Positions 63,992 to 64,000 of a DNA stretch of 64,000 nucleotides are shown here, piece by piece; within the stretch, counting starts at the first letter, position 1, and each line of letters opens with the position of its first letter. The notes beneath the pieces were generated by a model. It was not told the origin of the DNA. It did no database searches and worked only from the letters and a program-made list of their open reading frames with translations. A program made the position numbers and the translations under genes. Origin of the DNA: Felis catus (Eukaryota); NCBI RefSeq assembly GCF_018350175.1, contig NC_058368.1, positions 212,228,001 through 212,292,000 on the forward strand. Reading direction: 5' to 3'.

Positions 63992-64000
63992 AGGACAAAG

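Noticed and set aside
1..64000. CRISPR arrays, prokaryotic systems, rRNA or foreign inserts
   Set aside because: None seen; the window is consistent throughout with a felid ADAMTS12-TARS1 locus.

Overview
Mammalian genomic DNA from a cat-family carnivore (Felidae, judged from CanSINE/SINEC_Fc-type SINEs and a feline-type L1 3' end; the species cannot be determined). It covers the tail-to-tail junction of two genes. On +, the last two coding exons of ADAMTS12 (789-942, 8667-8845) are followed by a probable ~3.5 kb 3'UTR. On -, 18 coding exons of cytoplasmic threonyl-tRNA synthetase TARS1 (63602 down to 44055) splice with canonical GT-AG sites into an uninterrupted 704-codon frame plus stop; the first exon lies beyond the window end. 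The ~31 kb intergenic space holds a full-length disabled LDHA processed pseudogene with target-site duplications, an ERV solo LTR, a young 5'-truncated L1, many SINEs and old repeats, and several candidate regulatory elements. I found no convincing novel biological system. The most interesting signals are a miR-29 site cluster in the ADAMTS12 3'UTR with a proximal poly(A) signal upstream of it, a head-to-head pair of young SINEs inserted at one palindromic endonuclease site in TARS1 intron 17, and candidate CTCF and enhancer/promoter elements. Gene and repeat names come from recognition from memory, not database searches.
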